Shown: positions 9,199 to 16,138 of the stretch, piece after piece | Numbering within the stretch: position 1 is the first letter of the stretch | How the letters are laid out: each line of letters begins with the position of its first letter | Virus record (IMG/VR): IMGVR_UViG_3300035134_000066 | Span: 1-25,408 of that record | Source: a virus | Lineage: Duplodnaviria > Caudoviricetes | Reading direction: 5' to 3' (one strand) | DNA length: 25,408 nt | Translations under genes and position numbers: made by a program | The notes under the pieces: generated by a model | What the model saw: the letters and a program-made list of their open reading frames with translations, nothing else | Database searches by the model: none | What the model was told of the DNA's origin: nothing

Positions 9199-9833
9199 AT
9201 TTGATTGACTGTCAAGCCTAACATGGCAGCCAGGGCGTCTTTTTTGGCAAACTTGCCGGTATTTATTTCAAGGTACATGCGGGCGGCGGAATCATACTCA
9301 AACATTTTTGCCACATACCCATCGGCCAGGCCGATAGTTCTAATGCAATTCTGAACAATCACATTAGGGGGTAAAGGGATACCGATCGTATCACGGAGAT
9401 ATATCCCGGCGAATGTTTCGCCGGTAGATTCGCGAATCTCACGCAAGAAAGTTGCAGAGGGAAGTTTAGGTTTTGTCTCTTTTTTAACCAGTAACCCTTG
9501 ACGGTAGGCACTGATGATTTTTGCAGCCCATACAACAAAATCCTTTGCAAGTCTGGTATTAGATTTCATCGCAATTATGTAGCAGCCAGACTCATTAAAT
9601 ATGGTTACATCTTGCTTTCCACCGGGTGTAACCAAATTGGTTACCCCTGAAAAACTTTCTAAAATATCTCTGTGCCGTTTGAAAATTTTTAGAACCGCGA
9701 TCCTGGGTTCCGAATAACCCAGTGCTTTACCGATTTCTTCGGCGGTCATCCACAATTGATTATCTTTTTCGATAATGGTGACCTCTTTTTTCCCGAAGTA
9801 CTTGACAAGTTTTTTGGTTTTTGATTGATTCAT
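9183..9833 (-). CDS. Bro-N domain protein (phage antirepressor-like)
   Basis: WMTAEEIGKALGYSEPR...TPGGKQDVTIFNESGCYIIAMKSNTRLAKDFVVWA is a canonical Bro-N motif set; SD AGGAG. Confidence 0.88.
   Translation of the reverse strand: MNQSKTKKLVKYFGKKEVTIIEKDNQLWMTAEEIGKALGYSEPRIAVLKIFKRHRDILESFSGVTNLVTPGGKQDVTIFNESGCYIIAMKSNTRLAKDFVVWAAKIISAYRQGLLVKKETKPKLPSATFLREIRESTGETFAGIYLRDTIGIPLPPNVIVQNCIRTIGLADGYVAKMFEYDSAARMYLEINTGKFAKKDALAAMLGLTVNQIWGER
9628..9644. repeat. 17-bp palindrome GTAACCAAATTGGTTAC inside the Bro-N gene (codons 64-69, VTNLVT)
   Basis: Read directly; same core and flanks (GGTG...CCCTGAAAA) as the upstream array units. Confidence 0.92.
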
Positions 9834-10180
9834 ATTGATACTCCTGATTTTTGGATTTCGTGATATTTGGTCGTAACCAGATTGGTTACGGATGGAATGT
9901 GAACCGTAATCAATTTGATTACGGATGGATATATTAAGGTGTTATCAAATTGATAACACCCTGAAAATTGAACCGTCGTCAAATTGACGACGGATGTATA
10001 ATTTAAGGTGATATCAAATTGATTCCACCCTGAAAATTGAACTGTCATCAAAATGATTACGGAAGGATATCTTAAGGTGTCGTCAAATTGACCACACCTT
10101 AAAAAGGCTTGCGATATCAAATTGATATCAGAAGGGCATGGATTTAAATTTGTGTTAATTCGTGTAATTCGTGGGCTCAT
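9830..10180 (-). CDS. Repeat-encoded ORF spanning the palindrome array (23-aa periodicity)
   Basis: Open frame with ATGA overlaps at both ends (10177-10180 and 9830-9833); whether the protein itself is functional is uncertain. Confidence 0.45.
   Translation of the reverse strand: MSPRITRINTNLNPCPSDINLISQAFLRCGQFDDTLRYPSVIILMTVQFSGWNQFDITLNYTSVVNLTTVQFSGCYQFDNTLIYPSVIKLITVHIPSVTNLVTTKYHEIQKSGVSI
9872..10129. repeat. Array of 8 palindromes/hairpins (core CAAATTG or 1-nt variant), 33-35 bp period, built on a 69-bp two-hairpin unit
   Basis: Palindrome centres at 9881, 9914, 9949, 9983, 10018, 10052, 10087 and 10121; 69-bp units start at 9904, 9973 and 10042. Confidence 0.95.
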
Positions 10181-10380
10181 CTATCTATCCCTTTTTGTTC
10201 CCGGATTTTCGTGTCTATATACAGTCTGATTGGCAGGTATGACCTTTTGGGCCTGCCGGTTTGAATCCAAATTTTTGTGATTGTATCCGGGTGGAAGAAC
10301 CGGTAATAGTCCTGCGGATAAATTGTATATGGTTTTGGGCTTATTATTCTTTGAGTATGGGGTTTCTTTTTGTTTTTCAT
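10177..10380 (-). CDS. Small basic hypothetical protein
   Basis: SD AGGAG, ATGA overlaps with both neighbours. Confidence 0.5.
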   Translation of the reverse strand: MKNKKKPHTQRIISPKPYTIYPQDYYRFFHPDTITKIWIQTGRPKRSYLPIRLYIDTKIREQKGIDR

Positions 10381-10625
10381 GGGGTATTCTCCTGGTTTTT
10401 TGCCACAGAGGACACAGAGGTCACGGAGGGGATCACCTTTTTTCCTATATAATCCCTGATTACATCATCAGGAATCCATCTAAGGATATCAAAATAATCC
10501 TCAACAGCCTTAACGATTTCGCTAGTGTATACATCGTGGAGAGTGATTTTCATTTGTCGGGATTCGTCCGGTTCTCCAAAATATGGGTCAATTTCTGCCG
10601 ATCGGCATTTAATTATTATTTTCAT
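10377..10625 (-). CDS. Hypothetical protein; C-terminus encoded by a 9-bp-period repeat
   Basis: SD GAGGTG, ATGA overlap; PSVTSVSSVA is encoded by the repeat at 10402-10428. Confidence 0.55.
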   Translation of the reverse strand: MKIIIKCRSAEIDPYFGEPDESRQMKITLHDVYTSEIVKAVEDYFDILRWIPDDVIRDYIGKKVIPSVTSVSSVAKNQENTP

Positions 10626-10993
10626 TGGATCACCTCTTTTCCGTTATGGCCGTTATGGCCGTTTTCTTTGAAGTCTGCCAATGTAATTTTGATTGCGGTG
10701 AGAAGTTTTTCCACCAATGCTTCGTTTTGAATATCGATCAATTTAGAGATATCGATATCCTTTAGGACAATCCTTAGAGGCTCATAGTTGTCAGTAATTA
10801 TGCAGACTGCCGGTAGAATGTCTATCCGGGGGAGGTGTGGATGTTCTGTTGAGTTATAGTTGTATATCATATTTGGGCTGATTACTACCCCGGTCATATC
10901 ATATATTTTCGCGCATATTTGCGCTACACTTAACGGGGAATTTTTCACCGCTTCAGCAAACGATAGCTTTAGGTCTGTTGTGATGCTGCTCAT
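10622..10993 (-). CDS. Phage regulatory protein, CII (CP76)-like DNA-binding protein
   Basis: SPLSVAQICAKIYDMTGVVISPNMIYNY...LPAVCIITDNYEPLR; start moved to ATG 10993, which overlaps the upstream TGA (ATGA). Confidence 0.6.
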   Translation of the reverse strand: MSSITTDLKLSFAEAVKNSPLSVAQICAKIYDMTGVVISPNMIYNYNSTEHPHLPRIDILPAVCIITDNYEPLRIVLKDIDISKLIDIQNEALVEKLLTAIKITLADFKENGHNGHNGKEVIQ

Positions 10994-11337
10994 TTTGAAC
11001 TCTCTAACGTCTGGAAATACTGTTGAATAGCGGTAAGGTGTGTTGAAGTGCATTTTTGATCGACATCCCGGATGAACCGGTTGAATGCTTTCAATCTGTC
11101 ATCGTCAACCAGGCCAACCAGGCGGTTGTATTCCCGCTCATGAATGATCATTCTATCTTCCTGGTCAAGGTCTGTGTCGATTTTGTGGGTATCGATAAGG
11201 GAATAAAGGTCTGCCAGGGCGATGCCGGTTGCGGCGGCGATCTGGTCGAGGCGGAAATACATGAAGAAATCCTTATTGACATTGAAATCAACCGCAGTTG
11301 TTTGATGTGTTTCGCTGAAAACCTTATTTATATCCAT
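10990..11337 (-). CDS. Divergent Bro-N-like protein
   Basis: YFRLDQIAAATGI...MIIHEREYNRLV...LKAFNRFI follows the Bro-N pattern; SD AAGGAG. Confidence 0.5.
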   Translation of the reverse strand: MDINKVFSETHQTTAVDFNVNKDFFMYFRLDQIAAATGIALADLYSLIDTHKIDTDLDQEDRMIIHEREYNRLVGLVDDDRLKAFNRFIRDVDQKCTSTHLTAIQQYFQTLESSK

Positions 11338-11360
11338 GATTTACTCCTTTGTTTTTGGAC

Positions 11361-11386
11361 TGACAAAAATAGGCGTATTTTTGTCA
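11361..11386. promoter_or_regulatory. Inverted-repeat operator TGACAAAA-N10-TTTTGTCA (copy 1)
   Basis: TGACAAAAATA-GGCG-TATTTTTGTCA; abuts the -35 box at 11387; second copy at 15649-15674. Confidence 0.6.
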
Positions 11387-11415
11387 TTGAAAAGTAGTGC
11401 GAAATGCGTTATAAT
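11387..11415 (+). promoter_or_regulatory. Sigma70 promoter pointing toward the repressor, antisense to early genes
   Basis: TTGAAA-17 bp-TATAAT. Confidence 0.7.
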
Positions 11416-11470
11416 ATTGAAGGATAGGAAAATGGCTAATCCATACAACGATTCTTTGTTGGCTTTGCGA

Positions 11471-11794
11471 TCAAGCAGCATTAGGGTATCCTTTGATATT
11501 GGCATCAAGCCAGCGGGAAAATTGCAGGGTTTCGCTGCTGCCTACAACACAGCAAAAAGTTTTGAATTCTTGAAAAGATATCAAATAGAATGGAGTTTGC
11601 CCACTCGGGAATGTGACGGTTATAGTTTCAATCTCGTGGTTTTTAAAGGAATCCAGCAAAAAACTTTCCTGGAAGAAACCAGCCGGAGCTGCCAAATCAC
11701 CGGTATCAAGCCAAATTTTACCACTATGATCTTTAAAGATGTGAATAAAACAGCCTTGATAATCGATTCTGCTTTGATAGACAAAATCTCTCAT
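11471..11794 (-). CDS. Divergent Bro-N-like protein
   Basis: IHIFKDHSGKIWLDTGDLAAPAGF...SGQTPFYLISFQEFKTF...LQFSRWL; SD GAGGTG. Confidence 0.55.
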   Translation of the reverse strand: MRDFVYQSRIDYQGCFIHIFKDHSGKIWLDTGDLAAPAGFFQESFLLDSFKNHEIETITVTFPSGQTPFYLISFQEFKTFCCVVGSSETLQFSRWLDANIKGYPNAA

Positions 11795-11803
11795 CCTGTC
11801 ACC

Positions 11804-12082
11804 TCACTTGATGCAACTGATGTAGAAATCGTCCGGGAGTCTGAGTCCGTCGATGAACTCCCGGATATTGGCGGCCTTTTTGCTGTTCCTTTCTTCCGCT
11901 ATGCTCTTGCAGACAAGAGAAAGAGAGCAGTGGAATTTATTCATTATGAATGTTTGGCTCAAACCGTTTGCCTTGAGCCGGGCATTTCTGATGTTGATAC
12001 GCTTTTGCAAGGCCCGATCGCGCTTTACCTTCCTGGCCTTGCCTTTTTTTTCTGTCGTTCTGTCAAGGTTTTGTACTTTCAT
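11804..12082 (-). CDS. Ner/Cro-like small DNA-binding protein, first gene of the early operon (probably leaderless)
   Basis: Basic protein with HTH-like LKANGLSQTFIMNKFHCSLSLVCKSI; divergent from the repressor; ATG 6 nt after a TATAAT box. Confidence 0.6.
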   Translation of the reverse strand: MKVQNLDRTTEKKGKARKVKRDRALQKRINIRNARLKANGLSQTFIMNKFHCSLSLVCKSIAEERNSKKAANIREFIDGLRLPDDFYISCIK

Positions 12083-12088
12083 GCCAAT

Positions 12089-12117
12089 ATTATAACGCAT
12101 ATTTGCTTTACTTTCAA
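12089..12117 (-). promoter_or_regulatory. Early leftward sigma70 promoter
   Basis: Minus strand TTGAAA (12117-12112)-17 bp-TATAAT (12094-12089). Confidence 0.75.
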
Positions 12118-12168
12118 CAACAATTTTAACTTTTTTGGCGATTCTGCTCTTTTTTTTGAGGCCGCGAA

Positions 12169-12606
12169 ATGAACTCTCAAAAGAAAATCATTGGAAATAG
12201 ACTGAGGGAGTTTAGAAAACAAGGCAAAAAAACCCTTCAAGAGCTTGCTAATGAGACAAATATATCACACTCAACTATAGCAAGAATAGAAAGGGGAGAG
12301 TTATTCCCAAATCTTGAATTTTTGGCATATTTGCGTAATGCATATGCAATAAACCTAAACTGGCTAATTGATGGTGTTGGGAATATGTTTAATAACAAAG
12401 ATGACAAAGAAACAACAACCCAAACGAAAAAAGAATTGATAAATCTGTTATTTGAGAATATAGACAAGAATTTGCTTTTAATTTTAGAGGCTGTAAACGA
12501 TCCAATAATGCGCAATGAAATGGCAAATGCTGTTATATATGCGACAAAGAAATTTCCTGAATATTTTAAAGAAGAACAATATACCAAATTATTGACAGGA
12601 GGGTGA
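12169..12606 (+). CDS. XRE-family HTH transcriptional repressor (immunity repressor candidate)
   Basis: IGNRLREFRK...TLQELANETNISHSTIARIERGE...INLNWLIDGVG; divergent from the early operon. Confidence 0.88.
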   Translation: MNSQKKIIGNRLREFRKQGKKTLQELANETNISHSTIARIERGELFPNLEFLAYLRNAYAINLNWLIDGVGNMFNNKDDKETTTQTKKELINLLFENIDKNLLLILEAVNDPIMRNEMANAVIYATKKFPEYFKEEQYTKLLTGG

Positions 12607-12905
12607 TAATTATGGGCGACATTATTTATATGCCAAAATATTTTAATCAAAGTAGTGATTTGATAAATGAAATTGCTTTTGTTATTCAAATACCAGAGGT
12701 AAAGCATATATTTGAAAATGAGATTGATTCTGTCAAAAAGTATTTTAGCGCTGAATTATCTCAATTAGAGCAGAATCAAACGGAAGACGAAGTTGACAAA
12801 TTATTTGGATTAGTAAAGTATAACCCTGTATTGAGAGCCACATTTTTGCAGACATTTTCACGGTATATTTATTATCTCCAAAATACAGGTGCTGGTATTA
12901 GTTAG
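12603..12905 (+). CDS. Hypothetical protein resembling the repressor C-terminal helical module, without HTH
   Basis: Coupled to the repressor (SD AGGAGG; start may be ATG 12612); IQIPEVKHIF and VKYNPVLRATFL resemble the C-termini of both XRE proteins. Confidence 0.5.
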   Translation: MIIMGDIIYMPKYFNQSSDLINEIAFVIQIPEVKHIFENEIDSVKKYFSAELSQLEQNQTEDEVDKLFGLVKYNPVLRATFLQTFSRYIYYLQNTGAGIS

Positions 12906-14815
12906 TTGATAGGTGGAGTCGTAATAATCTTATAAGTTCCGGATTCATTTAATATTATAGCTTGAAAATCTGGCGGAGGGAAAACAAAATCCGTTGAGGT
13001 GAAATTTATAAAGACTTTATCATTCTTGACAGTGTTGATTAAGTTTCCTAATTTAATCAATTCATCATTATTTTTAAGATCATTTGGTGATGTAATATTG
13101 TTGGTTATAATAAGATCAATCTTTTCTCTTGCTATTTCGATTAGGATTAATATAAAAGCCAAATTTGTCTTGTCACTAATATAGGCATTTTTAAGCTTTT
13201 CTATCATATTGGAATCGATATTTTGGCTTGAACCAATAATCTTTTGAAAAAAAGTAATAAGATCGAATAACCTTATGTCTTTGGGGAAAAAAGTATATTC
13301 CGGAATATATAAGAATGGTTTTCTATTTCTAATAATCTTACCATCAATAGTGATCAATCTATTTTCCAATTTACCGAAGAAGATATTTAAAAAGAAATCC
13401 AACACAATCTTGTTATAGTATGTTATGTGGTTATGTTCCCCAATAAGAAAATTTTTCTTTAAATTATTAAAATCTTTCTTATCTACTTTTGGGAAAATAG
13501 ATGCATTAATATTGATATATGTTCTATATGTAACAACAGTTGCATAGAAAACCGTTAGGATTATTCCTAATATAAAGTGAAATGGGATATTGCTTTTTAA
13601 GTTAAGAATGTATTTATCTCCAGTTTTAAAAGGCTTAATTTCCCCCGGTTTTGTCTCTTTAACAAATTTCTCATTAACATAAAAAGCAATAAACTCATAT
13701 TTTGTTTTCTGATTAAAGGAATAAAAATCAATGTAGCTCATTAAACCTCTACTCGATAATTCATCAAATGATGATAAAAAGAATGAAGGTGGGAATAGAG
13801 ATAATAAGAGGTGATTAAATCTTATCTTTGTCGTTATTTCATATTTCCTTCTGTTTTCGAGATTATTAAACTTTCTGTATTCTTTTTTTAGGACATTTGC
13901 AATAAGCTCTCTAATCTCTTTTGGTACTCTATTTCCACTTTTAAATGTTCCTACCTGATCCCTTGCATTCCTTTCCCATTCCATCATTATTTTTAAATTT
14001 TCAAGTCTTATACTATTATTCGACTTCATTACATCAGCGTTTATTTGAGATAATTTATTCAATCCCCAGGGAAGTATAAAAACAGCAAGGAAATAGATAA
14101 TACCTAGCAAAGCAACTTTATTTTTCTTTTTTGAACCAATATAAGCTCCTAACAAAAAGAAAAAAATAATATTCAAACTAATTAAAAAAAAGAGAATATA
14201 TAAAACCCAATTATAAAGATTTAATCCAAATGCCAATAAAACTATCGGTATAGAAAATAAAAGACAGCCAGATATTATGATAGAAATAAGAATACGTGAA
14301 GCAATGGTAAAACATAACGTACGTCTAAGACCTAATAAACTGGAAAGGCATTTCAAATATTCTTTTCTTTTGGTTATATCGAAGCCGTAGATAATACTTA
14401 AAAAAGAACTTAAAAGAAATAATATGCCTGCAAATTCCAAATAGTTTTTTGATCTACTTTTGAAAATAATACTATCCTTGAAAGGCATATATATATCTAA
14501 CGTTTCGCCTGAGTTAATATTTGAATTCATGTCAACAAATTTTCCTGAATTTGAAAAGAGTATAACTGTTATATTAGGAATTACTGATAATCCAATACCA
14601 TAACCGCCATACTGTGTAATAGTGACATAATTTTTAACCTTTTCATCTTCGAAATTTTGATATTCTTTTTTGTTCTTTTGCGAATCCCTGTATGCCATAT
14701 ATCCATCAAGTATGAATGCAAAAAGAATTATCCATATAAGAAGCAATATTATAAAATTTCGCTTTAAAATTAACCTTTTCGCTTCAAATTTGAAAATTGA
14801 AGAAAAAGTTTTCAT
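12902..14815 (-). CDS. ABC-2-type permease-like membrane protein with degenerate ATPase-like C-terminus (accessory gene)
   Basis: N-terminal IFKFEAKRLILKRNFIILLLIWIILF, multiple hydrophobic TM segments, soluble C-terminal region without an intact Walker A; visibly AT-rich. Confidence 0.65.
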   Translation of the reverse strand: MKTFSSIFKFEAKRLILKRNFIILLLIWIILFAFILDGYMAYRDSQKNKKEYQNFEDEKVKNYVTITQYGGYGIGLSVIPNITVILFSNSGKFVDMNSNINSGETLDIYMPFKDSIIFKSRSKNYLEFAGILFLLSSFLSIIYGFDITKRKEYLKCLSSLLGLRRTLCFTIASRILISIIISGCLLFSIPIVLLAFGLNLYNWVLYILFFLISLNIIFFFLLGAYIGSKKKNKVALLGIIYFLAVFILPWGLNKLSQINADVMKSNNSIRLENLKIMMEWERNARDQVGTFKSGNRVPKEIRELIANVLKKEYRKFNNLENRRKYEITTKIRFNHLLLSLFPPSFFLSSFDELSSRGLMSYIDFYSFNQKTKYEFIAFYVNEKFVKETKPGEIKPFKTGDKYILNLKSNIPFHFILGIILTVFYATVVTYRTYININASIFPKVDKKDFNNLKKNFLIGEHNHITYYNKIVLDFFLNIFFGKLENRLITIDGKIIRNRKPFLYIPEYTFFPKDIRLFDLITFFQKIIGSSQNIDSNMIEKLKNAYISDKTNLAFILILIEIAREKIDLIITNNITSPNDLKNNDELIKLGNLINTVKNDKVFINFTSTDFVFPPPDFQAIILNESGTYKIITTPPIN

Positions 14816-14835
14816 TAGCCCTCCCTAACTATATA

Positions 14836-15486
14836 CTATAGGTTCAGAAATATTTGCGATACATATTGCCCAAAAAGATTAATGTAATTATATGATTGGT
14901 TAATCTTCCAGAGTGTAGATATATCAGGTGATTTTTTTCCCATCAGCGTTGATTTTACATAATATAACTTATCTAAAATATCTTTGATGTCTATGTCCGT
15001 TTTTTCGTATACTCCTATTACATTCCCATCTTTAAGAAGATTTTCAACATCTATAAAAATGGATGGATTAAGATTGAAATTATTTTGAAATTCTGTATAA
15101 TTGAAGTTTTTCAGCTTGTCAATTATTCCTAAATCATAAGGAATGGTTTTTGCGGTATTAATTAAATTTTCATATATCCTACTTGCATGCTCAAGATTAT
15201 AGATAGCACAGTTTAGATGTTTTTCCAAAATATAGAAATCAAGTCCATACAGCTCCGCAATTTCTATCTCCTTTAAAAAATGATTTATCGCTGCCTTTGA
15301 TTCAAGAAAATAACTGGCACCTTCAATGATAAAATATCGAAGTGGATGAACTATAATACTTGCAAATTCACCATCTTTGCTACATTGTCCCTCAAATGCG
15401 CAATCCGTTTCGTTATGTACCATTAAAGGAAAAAGGTGTATTACAAATAGAATCGATAATATTAAAAACAAAATTATTCTTTTCAT
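14836..15486 (-). CDS. Secreted hypothetical protein (accessory gene)
   Basis: Signal peptide MKRIILFLILSILFVIHLFP; SD GGAGG; AT-rich. Confidence 0.7.
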   Translation of the reverse strand: MKRIILFLILSILFVIHLFPLMVHNETDCAFEGQCSKDGEFASIIVHPLRYFIIEGASYFLESKAAINHFLKEIEIAELYGLDFYILEKHLNCAIYNLEHASRIYENLINTAKTIPYDLGIIDKLKNFNYTEFQNNFNLNPSIFIDVENLLKDGNVIGVYEKTDIDIKDILDKLYYVKSTLMGKKSPDISTLWKINQSYNYINLFGQYVSQIFLNL

Positions 15487-15648
15487 TTTATCCTCCGATA
15501 ATTCTTTTAATTTTTTTTATTTGCCGGGCGGCCTGGGTAAAAAGTGAGCTATCACTCATTTCTGTTTCCTCTGGAAGTTACTATTAATCTTACATCGCCT
15601 TAAAGTTAGATTATACATATTTGACGGGTTTTGTCAAGCCTTTTTCAA

Positions 15649-15674
15649 TGACAAAATTCGATGTATTTTTGTCA
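15649..15674. promoter_or_regulatory. Inverted-repeat operator TGACAAAA-N10-TTTTGTCA (copy 2)
   Basis: Same arms and spacing as 11361-11386; upstream of the accessory operon. Confidence 0.55.
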
Positions 15675-15688
15675 ATGGGGGAAAGCGG

Positions 15689-15728
15689 TAAGTGGGTGGC
15701 TCTTCTCTTTGGGAGAACCACCCACTTA
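15689..15728 (-). terminator. Stem-loop downstream of the PEGA gene (probable terminator)
   Basis: TAAGTGGGTGG...CCACCCACTTA 11-bp arms with inner TTCTC/GAGAA pairing, 5 nt after the stop codon; no strong U-tract. Confidence 0.5.
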
Positions 15729-15733
15729 TAAAA

Positions 15734-16138
15734 TTATGGAATTGGAACCATTAATGGTTTTGGTTGCTGTTTTTCTAAAACAGCATTGAAATTCTTTTCA
15801 TTAAATACGTACCAACTTCCTGTAGCCGCATCAACAATTACAGGAAGTAATCCGCATAAAACATCAAGGACAATCCATCCCGCTCCAACTTTGTTTGTAA
15901 CTTTGAATATTTGGGGTTTAAATCCATCTTTTCGGACTTCAATGGTATATTCACCCTTTGTTTTCAAACGAAGCGTAATTGGAGTTTGTCCCATCTTTTC
16001 ACCGTTTACCCACACTTCTGCCCCTTCTGGATCAGATGTGGTTTTGATTTTTCCTCTACCGCCTGTGAAGACTGCGGCACATCCACTCAATACAAGAAAC
16101 AAACAAACAATCATTAAAATCGCTATGGTTTTGCGCAT
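15734..16138 (-). CDS. PEGA-domain lipoprotein
   Basis: Lipobox LSGC; TSDPEGAEVWVNGEKMGQTP...YTIEVRKDGF PEGA motif; C-terminal hydrophobic VDAATGSWY. Confidence 0.85.
   Translation of the reverse strand: MRKTIAILMIVCLFLVLSGCAAVFTGGRGKIKTTSDPEGAEVWVNGEKMGQTPITLRLKTKGEYTIEVRKDGFKPQIFKVTNKVGAGWIVLDVLCGLLPVIVDAATGSWYVFNEKNFNAVLEKQQPKPLMVPIP

Noticed and set aside
9872-10129. CRISPR array
   Set aside because: No invariant repeat alternating with unique ~30-bp spacers; variation lies within palindromic arms; no cas genes in the window.
9183-10180. Classical diversity-generating retroelement (TR/VR)
   Set aside because: No reverse transcriptase ORF in the window, the homologous segment is only ~30 bp, and differences are symmetric rather than adenine-specific. 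An RT acting in trans cannot be excluded.
10641-10663. CCGTTATGG tandem (encodes NGHNGHNG)
   Set aside because: Simple in-frame microduplication at a protein C-terminus; unrelated in sequence to the other repeat families.
10994-11053. N-terminal extension of the CII-like ORF to 11053
   Set aside because: It overlaps the upstream gene by about 60 bp; ATG 10993 gives the ATGA coupling typical of this operon.
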